The notes under the pieces: generated by a model | The model's input: only the letters and a program-made list of their open reading frames with translations | Database searches by the model: none | Told to the model about the DNA's origin: nothing | In this document: piece by piece, positions 1-11,816 of the stretch | Position numbering within the stretch: the stretch's first letter is position 1 | Layout of the letters: every line of letters begins with the position of its first letter | Translations under genes and position numbers: made by a program | From: Octopus sinensis | Lineage: Eukaryota | NCBI RefSeq assembly: GCF_006345805.1 | Contig: NW_021834251.1 | Span: forward strand, 47,761-111,760 | Length of the DNA: 64,000 bases | Direction: 5' to 3'

Positions 1-755
1 AGAGCTACAGACACGGTTCGAAAACCATCACTGGACCGACCTGCCCGAGATGCGGTCAGAGCGACGAAACCGTTCTGCACGCACTCGTGCAGTGTCCAGA
101 TATTTCAGAGCTGTGGTCCTTCGTCGAACAGCTGTTGTCACGTGTAGGTCAGGCTCGCCTATCGGCCGAGGTCTATCGTGAATATTGTTCCACCACCTTC
201 CTTTAAACGGGAAGGAAAACGGTTTTCGTTACGCTGATGGCTATGGCGAAAGAATGTGTGTGGTGGACGCGTTTGAAAGGACTGCAAACAAACATCTTCC
301 TCTCTGGTCAGTCTCTCGTCAACTTTTTCAAGTACCACTTGAAAAGGAGGATGAGAATAGAGAGGAAGGCTTTGTCGAACGAATGTTTTAATAAAAAGTG
401 GTAAAAGTGGCAAAGTATGAAAGACGACACTATTTTAAGCATAAATCTGTAACCAAAAGAGACAACGAGAAGTAAGGCGACTTACTCATGTGTTCTTTTC
501 GAAACTGTCTGAGGTGACCTTGGTCTTTTTTGTAGGTTTTTCTTTCCAAGGCTACACCTAAATGTGAACCTTATATATATATATATAGTGCTTTTTATAC
601 ACCACACAACCCCAGATCTCTATTGATCAAACGTTTTTTTTTTGTTTTTTTTTTTTTTGCCCCACCCATCCCACCTCGAAAAGAAAAAATTCTACATTGT
701 ATTTCGTCCATTTTTATTCTGTGTTTAGCCCTGTGTGGCTACAATAAAAAGTTAT
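1..755 (+). mobile_element. 3' end of Tx1/L1-clade non-LTR retrotransposon (ORF2 C-terminal zinc knuckle, 3' UTR, polyA signal); frameshifted, truncated by window edge
   Basis: Frame 3 reads GPTCPRCGQSDETVLHALVQCPDISELWSFVEQLL (C-x2-C-x8-H-x4-C). After frameshifts it continues VFVTLMAMAKECVWWTRLKG...FNKKW* (stop ~413). AATAAA at ~743 is followed by (TATC)n. Confidence 0.85.
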
Positions 756-759
756 TATA

Positions 760-763
<4 letters not shown>

Positions 764-828
<65 letters not shown>

Positions 829-914
829 ATATATATATATATATCTTCTATCTAATCATTATCTATCTATCTATATATATTATCTATCTATCTATATATA
901 TCTATCTGTCTATC

Positions 915-997
<83 letters not shown>

Positions 998-1012
998 ATA
1001 TATATATATCTG

Positions 1013-1045
<33 letters not shown>

Positions 1046-1140
1046 ATATCTATCTATATATCTATCTATCTATCTCTCTCTCTATATATATATCTGCATA
1101 TACACATAATATACACACTCAAACACACACACACATACAT
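764..1140. repeat. (TATC)n/(TA)n/(CA)n compound microsatellite
   Basis: Direct reading; explains ORFs 623..1150 and 735..1109. Confidence 0.97.
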
Positions 1141-1147
1141 TAGTACG

Positions 1148-1300
1148 TGAGTGCAGACCAAGGTAGAAAAGATAGTACAAGGACACTAAAAGTAGGGTAA
1201 CATGCTTTTAGTAACGCTGCAAAATTATCACAAGACTGTTACTCAGAGTTTCACTTTCCCTTTCGTCGAATAGTTGGGATGAAACCTGAACTAAAATGCA
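1148..1300 (-). mobile_element. Short unclassified element with a degenerate hammerhead-like motif (1234-1276)
   Basis: Minus strand reads aactat-TCGACGA-aagggaaagt-GAAA-ctctgag-TA-acagt: core order of a type I hammerhead, but with a mutated CUGA and a broken stem II. Confidence 0.4.
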
Positions 1301-1474
1301 ATATGTGTATGTGTGTGTGTGCGTGCACGTGTTTGTGCAAGCAATGCTTAATATATACTAAACCAAATTACCAACATACGTCCCATATATAATCTGTGGA
1401 CACGGTGTTTTTCGTATTTATTTTGTAGTGTTTGAAAAAAAGGTTCAGTGCCCATGACGATCGTAGCCCCTTCT

Positions 1475-1610
1475 TTGCTGGACAGATTGAGGCCAACGTC
1501 GACTTCCCCTTTAATCCTTTCGGGGTCGATAAATTAAGTACCAGTAAAACACTGGGGTTGATGAAATCTATATGGCCCTATCCATTAAATTTCCCGCCTT
1601 GTCCTTCTGT
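1475..1610 (+). mobile_element. SINE family 2 fragment (tRNA-derived)
   Basis: gtcgacttcccctttaatcctttcggggtcgataaattaagtaccag matches the body of copies at 56582-57200. Confidence 0.8.
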
Positions 1611-1951
1611 GGTAAGGCTCTCATTGACTTCTGAATGGTTCACTTGAATAGAAAATTATGAGTGGAGAGAGAAGTGGTGTCTTCGAGTGAGTTCACTGAA
1701 AGTTAGGGACCTCTCTAACTGTAAACGTGTGACTAGGAGAGAAAGAATTGGAGAGGGCAACTGCTCCTGGGGTTTCAGGGAACTCTCGGACGGTGAAGTT
1801 CCTCGATTATCCTTGGATGCCTCCAAGTATCAGGAGGGCAATATCTATATATTATGACCGGTTTTCCAACCCGGGCCGCAGCAACAATGCCTATTGCCAC
1901 ATCATCAAATATATATATATATATATATAGATATATATATATATATGTATA

Positions 1952-1987
<36 letters not shown>

Positions 1988-2093
1988 TGTGTATATGTAT
2001 TGGGTTGGTGCATAATTATTGCGTTTTTTCAACAAATTTTATTCAATAAAAACAATAACAATATTTAACAAAAGCATTTTCAAACGACAGTCA

Positions 2094-2156
2094 AACCGTT
2101 TGCCAAGCAAATGGGAAGCAGTAATTGAAGTAGATAGTGAATATGCTCCGGAATAA
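2094..2156 (+). mobile_element. mariner-type transposase C-terminal remnant
   Basis: Reads NRLPSKWEAVIEVDSEYAPE*, resembling the mariner C-terminal LPxRWxxVIxxxGxY motif; very short. Confidence 0.5.
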
Positions 2157-2174
2157 TCATTTAAATATGATTTT

Positions 2175-2257
2175 GAATTTGAACGCAGAACGAAGTGACG
2201 GCGAAATATTGCTAAGCAGTTCGTCCAGCGTTCCAACGGTTCTGCCATATTGCTGCC

Positions 2258-2258
<1 letters not shown>
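2175..2258 (-). mobile_element. SINE family 2 head fragment
   Basis: gaatttgaacgcagaacg...aacggttctgcc is the reverse complement of the family 2 tRNA-like head. Confidence 0.7.
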
Positions 2259-2292
<34 letters not shown>

Positions 2293-2646
2293 TTATAATG
2301 TGCGGAAAGAGACCCTGTAAGACCGCCATCAACAGGCTGCTGTCTTCTCTCACCGAATCAACTGGAGCAAACAAGACCGAGCGCTCTTGAGAAGTATAAC
2401 AACAGCAACAACAGCATAAATAACAACAACAACAACAACAACAACAACAATAATAATGATGATAATGATAATAATAATAATATATACGCGCGCGCGTGTG
2501 TGTATGCCTGTATATGTATATTTATATATATTATATACATACATACACACATGCATACATATATAAATATATGTATAAGCGTTTGTGGTGGTGCGTGTGT
2601 GTGTGTGTGTTATGTGTGTTCTGTGTCTATGTATATATTATATATT

Positions 2647-2683
<37 letters not shown>

Positions 2684-2904
2684 TATAATATAATATATAT
2701 GCTTACACAAACATGCACGAACACATTCGCACACCCGCAGACACATATACTCTTTTATGCCTACCTTCTATATGTTTCATTATCATTATACACCTAAATG
2801 TATCTTCCTTATTGATAACTTACCTGCAGCTTTTGGCATGAAACATTTGCGCTATATTCGCGAGTACACTTTTCCTAATCTAAACAATACACATACGTAA
2901 GCTC

Positions 2905-2986
<82 letters not shown>

Positions 2987-3529
2987 TATATGTACAGTTA
3001 TGTATTACTTGTACATATAACCAGGTACACGTACGCGCTCGCCACTAAGTGCATTGAGGACACCGCACACTTCCACACATCGCTATGTATGTATGTGAAT
3101 AGCTCATTCTTTCTGTATTATCTCTTGATATACGAGACACCACATAATTCGTATTTATTCATTCATCCACACAGACATCCATCCTCACACATTTTTCTGT
3201 CTGTCTCTCTCTTTCTTTCTCTTTCTCACCCACTCACTCACTCTTACTGTTCGTTTCCGTTTTTCCTCTCCATTCTCTCTCTCTTTCTCTCTTTGATATA
3301 TACCGTTTCTTTAACTTGTTTCTGCGACGCCCTCACGCACGTCTTTCACTATGTCTATTTACTCAGTATATAACCGAATCTGTTTGCCCATATATGTGGT
3401 AGAGCATATATCATTATGCACTTCCGGAACAGCTTTTATTTCAAACGTGTCATTCAGAACACGAAATTTTCTCTTCTTCAATCTTATTTTATTTCATGCT
3501 TTCTTAATCTCTTTATTTCTTTATTATTC

Positions 3530-3536
3530 TTACTTT

Positions 3537-3592
<56 letters not shown>

Positions 3593-3613
3593 TATTATTA
3601 TGATTATTACTTT

Positions 3614-3674
<61 letters not shown>

Positions 3675-3679
3675 TTTTC

Positions 3680-3735
<56 letters not shown>

Positions 3736-3742
3736 GTTATTA

Positions 3743-3777
<35 letters not shown>

Positions 3778-3824
3778 GTCATTATTATTATTATGATTAT
3801 TACTTTTAATTATTATTATTATTA

Positions 3825-3879
<55 letters not shown>

Positions 3880-3941
3880 TTTTCATTATTATTATTATTA
3901 TTATTATTATTTTATTATTATTATTATTATTATTGTTATTA

Positions 3942-3978
<37 letters not shown>

Positions 3979-3981
3979 TTT

Positions 3982-4014
<33 letters not shown>

Positions 4015-4040
4015 TATTATTATTATTATTGTTATTATTG

Positions 4041-4071
<31 letters not shown>

Positions 4072-4140
4072 CATTATTATTATTATTATTATTATTATTG
4101 CTATTATTATTGTTACTATTATTATTATTGTTATTATTAT
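3530..4140. repeat. (TTA)n microsatellite with recurrent CTTTTCA interruptions (higher-order repeat)
   Basis: ttacttttcattatt-like interruptions at ~3530, 3607, 3672, 3878, 3977; the poly-Y/L/I/N ORFs are artefacts. Confidence 0.95.
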
Positions 4141-4549
4141 ATGTTTTTTTTTTGCACTTTTGCACAATTGTCTCTTTATAGACGTAACCCAAATAATTTG
4201 TTTTTCTTCTGGTGTTATTGAGGTGTTTATTCTGCATTTGCACTTGTATGGCAAGTGATTTGATCTGAGGTCGTGTGTTGGTTCTGGAATAATTACATCC
4301 TTGCAGAGATATCATAGTAATTGGAAGGACACATACGGCACTGACGTCGTAGTTTTTGATCTTGTTAAAGTCATGGCAGTCATTACTCTTAACCGACTTG
4401 AATCTATCATGGTATACTTCAGAGCCAAGCTGTGGTCAAACCTTTACCTTTCAACTCTATCTTTTAACCCTTTTAACTGTTTTCCCTAAACTAAACAATA
4501 TACATACGTAAGCTCTTTATATATTCTTTTATTCTTTACATTCTTTTAT

Positions 4550-4608
4550 TCTGTTATTCTGTTATTTGCTTCAGTCATTTGACTGCGGTCATGCTAGAGC
4601 ACCGCCTT
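4550..4608 (-). mobile_element. SINE family 1, 3' tail only
   Basis: cttcagtcatttgactgcggtcatgctagagcaccgcctt is the reverse complement of the family 1 tail. Confidence 0.85.
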
Positions 4609-4752
4609 AACAAATATATATTATTTTTCAATTTCCATGTAGGAAATATATTTTTTCATCATTTGTTTTGAATCTCTATATAAGGAAGTATAAGTACACA
4701 AATTATTTTGGATCAGTTATGATTTATTATGAGGTTACTTATAGAAAATATT

Positions 4753-5056
4753 GTGGAGGCACAATGGTCCAGTAGTTACGGCAGCGGACTCGCGGTTGGA
4801 GGATCGTGGTTTCGATTCCCAGACCGGGCGTTTTGTGTGTTTATTGAGCGAAAAAACCCTAAAAGCTCCACGAGGCTCCGGCAGGGGGTGGTGGCGATCC
4901 CTGTTGTACTCTTTCACCACAACTTTCTCTCACTCTTTCTTCCTGTTTCTTGAACAATACTGCAATGGACTGGCGTCCCGTCCAGCTGGGGGAACTCATA
5001 CGCCACAGAACCCGGAAAATCGGGCCCATGAGCCTGGATAGGCTCGTAAAGGGCGA
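4753..5056 (+). mobile_element. SINE family 3, full length (tRNA head, middle M1, V-domain-like block, tail T1)
   Basis: A-box-like tggtccagtag and B-box-like gtttcgattcc; gcaatggactggcgtcccgtccag at ~4962-4985; second copy at 30334-30610 (-). Confidence 0.85.
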
Positions 5057-5560
5057 CGAAATATAGAGAATATAGTTGCTGATAATTAATGATCGAAAAC
5101 GAGAATAGCATCAAGAACGAGATCATTCAGGTTAGAAGTAAGTGACAGTTATCTCAGAGTACTGTGAACGTATATTTTCATTCAAATATTTATTTACTCG
5201 ACATCTCAGAACGAAAAAACACGAGACAATGTTTAGAGGTTAATTGTTTCAGAAATAAAATTGCAGCCATGCTGGGGTGGGAGTGGGGAACACCGCCTAG
5301 ATGTGTTTTAGTCGGAAACGTCGAACCCACTACTTATTTTCCTCTTTAAGTTTCTACTTTCTCTCTCTCTCTCTCTCTCCTCTCTCTCTATATATATATA
5401 TATACTATATATATATATATATAATATATATATAATAATTAATACGGGGAGAAATTAGATACTAATTTAATAGTATATCTATTCAACACCAAGTGGCCTA
5501 GTGCTCCGAGAAACCTGGATTATTATAATATTTTATAACTATTATAATATTTTTACAAAA

Positions 5561-6001
5561 TAAATATAAGAGAGTGGTCACTATATGGCTCACGCTAGCA
5601 CCAGTTAATCCAAAAGGTTTCAACCACGAAAATACATGTTTCCCATGAAAGTCAGTACGATTGTTAGCTCACACGACAGGGCAAATAAAAATACAAAAAT
5701 ACAGATTATTTTGGGACAATTGTTTCGCTATTAATGATTAAATGTAATTTTACTTACAAAAAAAAATCCATTTGTTTTGGCTGACGAGCTACAAATGGAT
5801 TTTTTTTGTAAGTAAAATTACATTAATTCATTATAGCGACACAATTGTCCCAAAATAATCTGTATTTTTGTTATTTTTTATTTCCCTGTCCGTGTGAGCT
5901 AACAATCGTACTGACTTTCATGGGAACATGTTTTTCGTGGTTGAAACCTTTGGATTAACTGGGCTAGAGTGAGCCATATAGTGGACACTCTCTTATATTT
6001 A
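5561..6001. repeat. Long palindrome: arms of ~215 and ~211 bp around a 15-nt loop (5776-5790)
   Basis: 5561-5775 is the reverse complement of 5791-6001 at roughly 90% identity, with differences mostly 1-nt indels. Confidence 0.97.
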
Positions 6002-6124
6002 TATATAATTATATATATATATATATTTATGACTATATATATTTACGTATATGTATATAAGAATTTTTGCGTAATGAGATAAAAAACCAAGACTGTGTAG
6101 ATATAAGAACATTTATAGATAGAA

Positions 6125-6177
6125 GGCCTTACAGCTGTTTCCAGGATATGTATTAATTATATCCCTTCATCGGAGAC
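6125..6177 (-). ncRNA. Minimal type I hammerhead ribozyme candidate (variant core CCGAUGA)
   Basis: 5'-GUCU CCGAUGA A GGGAUAU aauuaauac AUAUCCU G GAAA C agcu G UA|AGGC-3': stem I GUCU/AGGC, 7-bp stem II, palindromic minimal stem III, GUA cleavage triplet. Confidence 0.65.
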
Positions 6178-6550
6178 AGATATATATATAGAGAGAGAAA
6201 GAAAGAGATTTTTTTATACATGTATATATCACGAAACAGGGAGCAATATCACAGTCGACAACTGAGCAGGGATTAGGCTTCTTTTAGTATTTTGTCCCGT
6301 ACTTGTCTCTCGTTGTGTGCTTACGTCGTTGGTGGTGGCCAGTTCTGAATGTGAATTTTTTCATTTATTAAATATATATATACATATATAGATAGGTACA
6401 TACATACATACATAAATACATACATACATACATACATACATACATACATACATACATACATAGGCACCTTGATATTTCCCTATGTTTACGTACATCTTTA
6501 TATATACGCAGAAATGTGTATGTGTACCTACAAATATTTGTGTGTGTGTA

Positions 6551-6617
<67 letters not shown>

Positions 6618-6798
6618 GTGTATGTTTGTCCGTGCGTGTACATTTCCATGTCTCTCTTTTGCTACTTCTCCCCTTACTGATCTCTAATATAACCTCTTCC
6701 ACCTCTCTCTCTCTCTTCTTCTCCTCTCCCTATATGTCTTTGTCTCCATCTCTGTCTCTCTTCTTCTCTTCGTCTTTTATTCTAAATTTCCTTCGGAA

Positions 6799-6829
<31 letters not shown>

Positions 6830-6838
6830 ATATATGTA

Positions 6839-6873
<35 letters not shown>

Positions 6874-6898
6874 TATATATATTTTACATATATATATA

Positions 6899-6941
<43 letters not shown>

Positions 6942-7520
6942 CTATCCCCTTGATTTCTGCAGGGAGTACATTCCATGTTATTCTGTTGCACTTAAAATAT
7001 AACTTTTACCGTTCCTGACTATTTTCCAAGTAAAGAGAAAATATTTTTTGTAAGTGCAATGATTTCCCACTCTTGGATTTCATATTATTTCCATAAATTT
7101 CTTTCTTGAATCTAAACACATCGGATTTTGGCATTCTTTGCATTTTACAAACAGTTAGCGATCTCTGTAGAATTATGGAAGCGAAATAGCAATAATGGAT
7201 AAAATGTTGGCAGTGAATCTTCTATAAAATAAAAATATATGATAGAAAGAGAAAAATAGGATGAATTTATTGATTTCCATGCTCTTGTTATATTTCATTT
7301 CAACTTTTTTGTTTACCGGTTAGATAATGTAAAGAAATTATTGGTTATTATTTCGAATTCAGAACGCGACGTGGTCAAATTTATCTTTTATCTTTCCTGG
7401 ATCGATATTATAAAGTACGTTTCTGGTACAGTAAAGAAATCGAAGTAATAGGATAGTTTAAGAGTCAGACAAAATGTCACTAAGTTATATATATATATAT
7501 TCCGGATCTGTGCCTTTGTA

Positions 7521-7936
7521 CTCTTACTCTTTTACTTGTTTCAGTTATTTGATTGTGGCCATGCTGGAGCATCACCTTTAGTCGAGCAAATCGCCCCCCG
7601 AACTTATTCTTTGTAAGCCTAGTACTTATTCTATCGGTCTATTTTGCCGAACTGCTAAGTTTCGGGGACGTAAACACACCAACATCGGTTGTCAAGCGAT
7701 GTTGGGGGGACAAACACAGTCACACAAACATACACACACACACACATATATATGTATATACATATATACGAGGGGTTTCTTTCAGTTTTCCGTCTACCAG
7801 ATCCACTCACAAGGCTTTGGTAGGCTCGAGGTTATAGTAGAAAACACTTACCCAAGGTGCCACACAATGGGACTGAACCCGGAACCAAGTGGTTCGTAAG
7901 CAAGCTGCTCACTACACAGCCTCTCTCCTACGCCTA
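7521..7936 (-). mobile_element. SINE family 1, full length (tRNA head, CORE-like block, internal microsatellite, CR1-like tail)
   Basis: Colinear with copies at 38047-38470 and 62495-62905; gcaccttgggtaagtgtt resembles the MIR CORE gtgaccttgggcaagttactt. Confidence 0.9.
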
Positions 7937-8264
7937 TAATTGTAGTTCTTAAAGAGGATAACTGTGTATTTCCTTATTTGTGGATTCTTTTAATTACTGT
8001 ACACTTTAAACAAAGGCTATGCTGAAACCCAAAAGGGTTTTAGTCGAACAAATTGTCCGTTACTTCTTTTATGGGACTATTTTGCTGAAAGATTGGATGA
8101 CAGGTACGTTAAGAAACCAACACCAATCGGCAAGTACAAGCTAAGATGCAAAGACACACACACATATAGAAACATGCACACATACACACACGCGTGTGTA
8201 TATACAACAGACTTCCACACAGTTTAAAGTATAAAGTTCCTTCCCATGTCATACTGCGTCATGA

Positions 8265-8480
8265 GGCCGTTCTCACTGTTTCTGTGGAGAATATAATCCC
8301 CCTGGAAGGATACCACTCACTCTCAGAGTCACTAATGTTCGCCAGCTGAGTGGACTAGTGCAAGATTAAATGAAGTGTTTTTCTTTCAAGATCACAACGC
8401 ACCGCCGGGTCTGGATTCGAAACCGCGATCCTAAGACCGTGAGCCTGCTACCCTAACAACTGAGCCATTACGCCTCCACA
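8265..8480 (-). mobile_element. SINE family 3 variant (same head, CORE-like middle M2, degenerate V-like block and tail T1)
   Basis: Minus strand: gtggaggcgtaatggctcagttgttagggtagc...ccagacc, then gttgtgatcttgaaagaaaaacacttcattt...ccactcagctggc, then gagtggtatccttccaggggg. Confidence 0.75.
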
Positions 8481-8503
8481 TATAACATAACACACACACA
8501 CAA

Positions 8504-8504
<1 letters not shown>

Positions 8505-8536
<32 letters not shown>

Positions 8537-8537
8537 C

Positions 8538-8573
<36 letters not shown>

Positions 8574-8589
8574 TCTATCTATCTATCTT

Positions 8590-8647
<58 letters not shown>

Positions 8648-8648
8648 A

Positions 8649-8709
<61 letters not shown>

Positions 8710-8722
8710 ATATATATATATA
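8505..8722. repeat. (TATC)n/(TA)n microsatellite
   Basis: Direct reading. Confidence 0.95.
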
Positions 8723-10203
8723 CTGTTCTTCATTCTCACACTTGAATAATTGAATGATATTACGAGGTATTCATGCATCTCCAACACGCTAAAGGTCTCG
8801 TGCATGCAAATCATTCATGTATTGAAATACTCATTGCACCTTAACTCAGATTACCAGAGATTCCCGTTCAGGGTCAGATCGGAAACGCTTTGAAGTAATA
8901 AAAATAGGAACAAATCCTGAGGGACTATCGCATGACAATGTTTTCTTTTCTCGATGTGAACACTTAACAAAAATACCACAACCACCACCACCAACCAGAG
9001 CCATAATTCCCACTATCACCACCAACAACACCCGACTACTTACTACCTGATACACGTAGGGTAATCGTCTTTTCTGAGGGTACCGGATTCTTTCGCGGTA
9101 TCGCCAGGTCCTGTGTGAATTGTAAGAAGACGGGCGTGACGTCCGCCAGTCGCAGCGGTTTTTGACGGCGATGATACAAAAAGGGCGTGTCAATTTAGTT
9201 GTCTCTGTTTCCGCAATTGAACACGGAAATCTGAATATGCGTGATCATAACTTTTGTAATGCCAGCGAAAGGTTCTTCAAGCCAAGCACGGTCTCTTGCT
9301 GCGTTTTCCCGGGTTTTCAAGAGAGAAGATCTTTTCTTCATTTTATTTTCCATTTTCCATCTTTTTTTTTTATATCATGCCTAGAGATATAATTTATTAA
9401 ATTCTATTAAAATTTACTTTCTTCACAAATTTTATATTAATATCATGAATAGTTTTATAATATTCCATTTCATCTTTTCTTTTATGATCATTATTTTTCA
9501 CACAATGCTTTTGTATTTCAATTGTTTGAAGATCTATATAAATTATATACAATTTCATTCCAACCTCCTTTCGATTCGAGTCTGCGCAACTTCGCTGCCG
9601 TGTACGTATGGATTAGGAAAAATCAGAACGAATGACACACGGTTCCTTTGATTTGTATCAAAGCTCTACATTTTGGCAAAGGCGATTAGTACTCAGTGAC
9701 ATGCAGGGAAATATGTCTCGAACTTATGTTTGAAGGTGTTTTACAAGTTCGGCTTCGCAGTTTCTTACATTTTACTTTATATTTTGTTATTGATTTTTGA
9801 ATTAGGCACAGGACCAATTATGAGGGGAAGGTTAATCTACGAAATCGACAGAAATACATGATAGGTGTGTTCTTCAACAATAAAATGGTTGTTAGAATTT
9901 TTCTTGATCGCTGCGTTTACTGTAGAATTTCCACAAATTGGAAAATAAAAGAAAGCGAAATTTGCTTATTTTTCTAGTTATCCTATTATTATTTTATCAT
10001 TTCTCGTTTCAATCATTGATCAGTGTCCGGGTATGGTACCACCTTCAAAGATTTTGTCAAATCAACGCTCCTGCATATTTTATTATTTTATCGATTTTTG
10101 AGCTCACTTTGTCGAAAGATCGAAGTTACGAGAACGTAAGAAAACTATCATCAGTTGTCGAGAATTGGGGGGGGCAAGCAGAAAACAATCATTCACATGC
10201 ATA

Positions 10204-10281
<78 letters not shown>

Positions 10282-10527
10282 CTTCCACGCAGTTTCTGTC
10301 TACAAATACATGAGGACACAGTAGAAAAGACATCTCCAGTGCACAATACAGCAAAACTGAAGCGGAAACGACGTATTTGAAAAATACAAGGATGCTTTTG
10401 TCATAAATATTTGTTTATTTATTTATTATTTATTATTAATTTTTTATTAGATTGTTAATATATGTGATGTGAAATTCAGCCACCTGTCATAGTCTTGACT
10501 CATTTGAAACATATTCTTTCTAAATCA

Positions 10528-10670
10528 TTTTCTACTCTAGCCACAAGGCCCAAAATCTCGGCGGAATTTGAACTCAGAACGTAACGGCAGACGAAATACT
10601 GCTAAACATTTCGCCCGACGTGCTAATGATTCTACCAGCTCGCCACATTTATTATTTTCTACTCAAGGCA
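10528..10670 (-). mobile_element. SINE family 2, internally deleted
   Basis: ctcggcggaatttgaactcagaacgtaacggcagacgaaatac...ccagctcgcc, with the short tail ttttctactctag. Confidence 0.85.
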
Positions 10671-11427
10671 TAATGTACTTTCTAAACACATGAAATGATA
10701 CTGATGAATTAGTTTTAATTATTGAGATATTGAAACAGCATTATATCCATACATGTATCGCTGATAAAGTAAAACACCAGTGGTTTTGTGAATGTTAGTT
10801 CTTTTAGAAAAAGCATTTGGCTTTCTGTTGTCTAACACTGACCTATGGAACTATTTTAATTCTTAGGACAGCTTTTGAACGAAAGGCTAAATGATTATAC
10901 AAATTTTCGTATCAAATAGCCCTGAGCTCTCTCAAAGAAGAAGGCGGTGAATTAGCTGAGGTTTTAGGATGAAGAGCAGATTTTTCATATGATATCCCAT
11001 TCGACTCTTTGTGACTTAAGATCAAATCTCGCCGAGATTAACGTTCGATAAAATAAAATGCCACTCACGAGTAGAAGAGTTGAAACAATTCTGGAGACGT
11101 CGGATAAGATGCCTTCAGCCTTACTTAGTTTCTTTATAGAAGACTTAATCATTCGCCAGGTGGAACATGACCCTTTTCCTTGGGTGCCTTTGGCAGATTT
11201 CCTTCTGTTGCAAGCATTCAAATCATCATCTCTTCCTTTTCCTAATCATTTAGATCTGAAGGGAATACTGCATCATGGATATTGCGATTACTGCAATGCT
11301 TTACCAATGAAACGCATAAACTGAGTTGCTGAAAAATATCGGATGGTCAGGTAAAGAGGCAGCGCCGAGCAGGAAACTGTTCACCTGTTAATTCGCCAGT
11401 TTGATAATTCAGATATTTATTTCTTCC

Positions 11428-11816
11428 ATTCTTTCTTTTACTTGTTTCAGTCATTTGACTGCGGCCATGCTGGAGCACCGCCTTTAGTCGAACAACTCGA
11501 CCCCGGAACTTATTCTTTTTTGTAAGCCCAGTACTTATTCTATCGGTCTCTTTTTGCCGAACCGCTAAGTGACGGGGACGTAAATACACCAGCATCGGTT
11601 GTCCAGCAATGGGGAACAAACACAGACACACAAACACACACACGCACATATATATATATACATATATACGATAGGCTTCTTTCAGTTTCCGTCTACCAAA
11701 TCCACTCACAAGGCATAGCAGAAGACACTTGCCCAAGATGTCACGCAGTGGGACTGAACCCGGAACAATGTGGCTGGTTAGCAAGCTACTTGCCACACAG
11801 CCACTCCTGCGCCTAT
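11428..11816 (-). mobile_element. SINE family 1, near full length
   Basis: Colinear with the other family 1 copies; explains ORF 11347..11835. Confidence 0.92.

Larger units (their letters stand above)
5443..6180 (-). mobile_element. (TA)n-flanked non-autonomous element with a hammerhead motif and a long internal palindrome (Penelope-related, inferred)
   Basis: Minus strand: hammerhead, spacer, (TA)n, palindrome, terminal ttctccccgtat. The terminus resembles the gaattctcccc end at 35388-35398. Confidence 0.55.

Noticed and set aside
1660-1905. GC-richer segment ending in (TA)n, possibly a LINE or PLE 3' fragment
   Set aside because: No diagnostic motif in any frame; left unclassified.
4753-4825. 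tRNA-like sequences at SINE heads (also 38047, 39425, 56590)
   Set aside because: A/B boxes are present, but there is no complete cloverleaf and each continues into a SINE body; not tRNA genes.
5561-6001. Sequencing fold-back (missed adapter) explanation for the palindrome
   Set aside because: The loop is not an adapter sequence and the mirror symmetry stops after ~215 bp with distinct flanks; not fully excluded without raw reads.
10985-11345. Overlapping ORFs on both strands in unique DNA
   Set aside because: No recognised motif; an exon model needs a frameshift and is phase-incompatible with neighbouring candidates.
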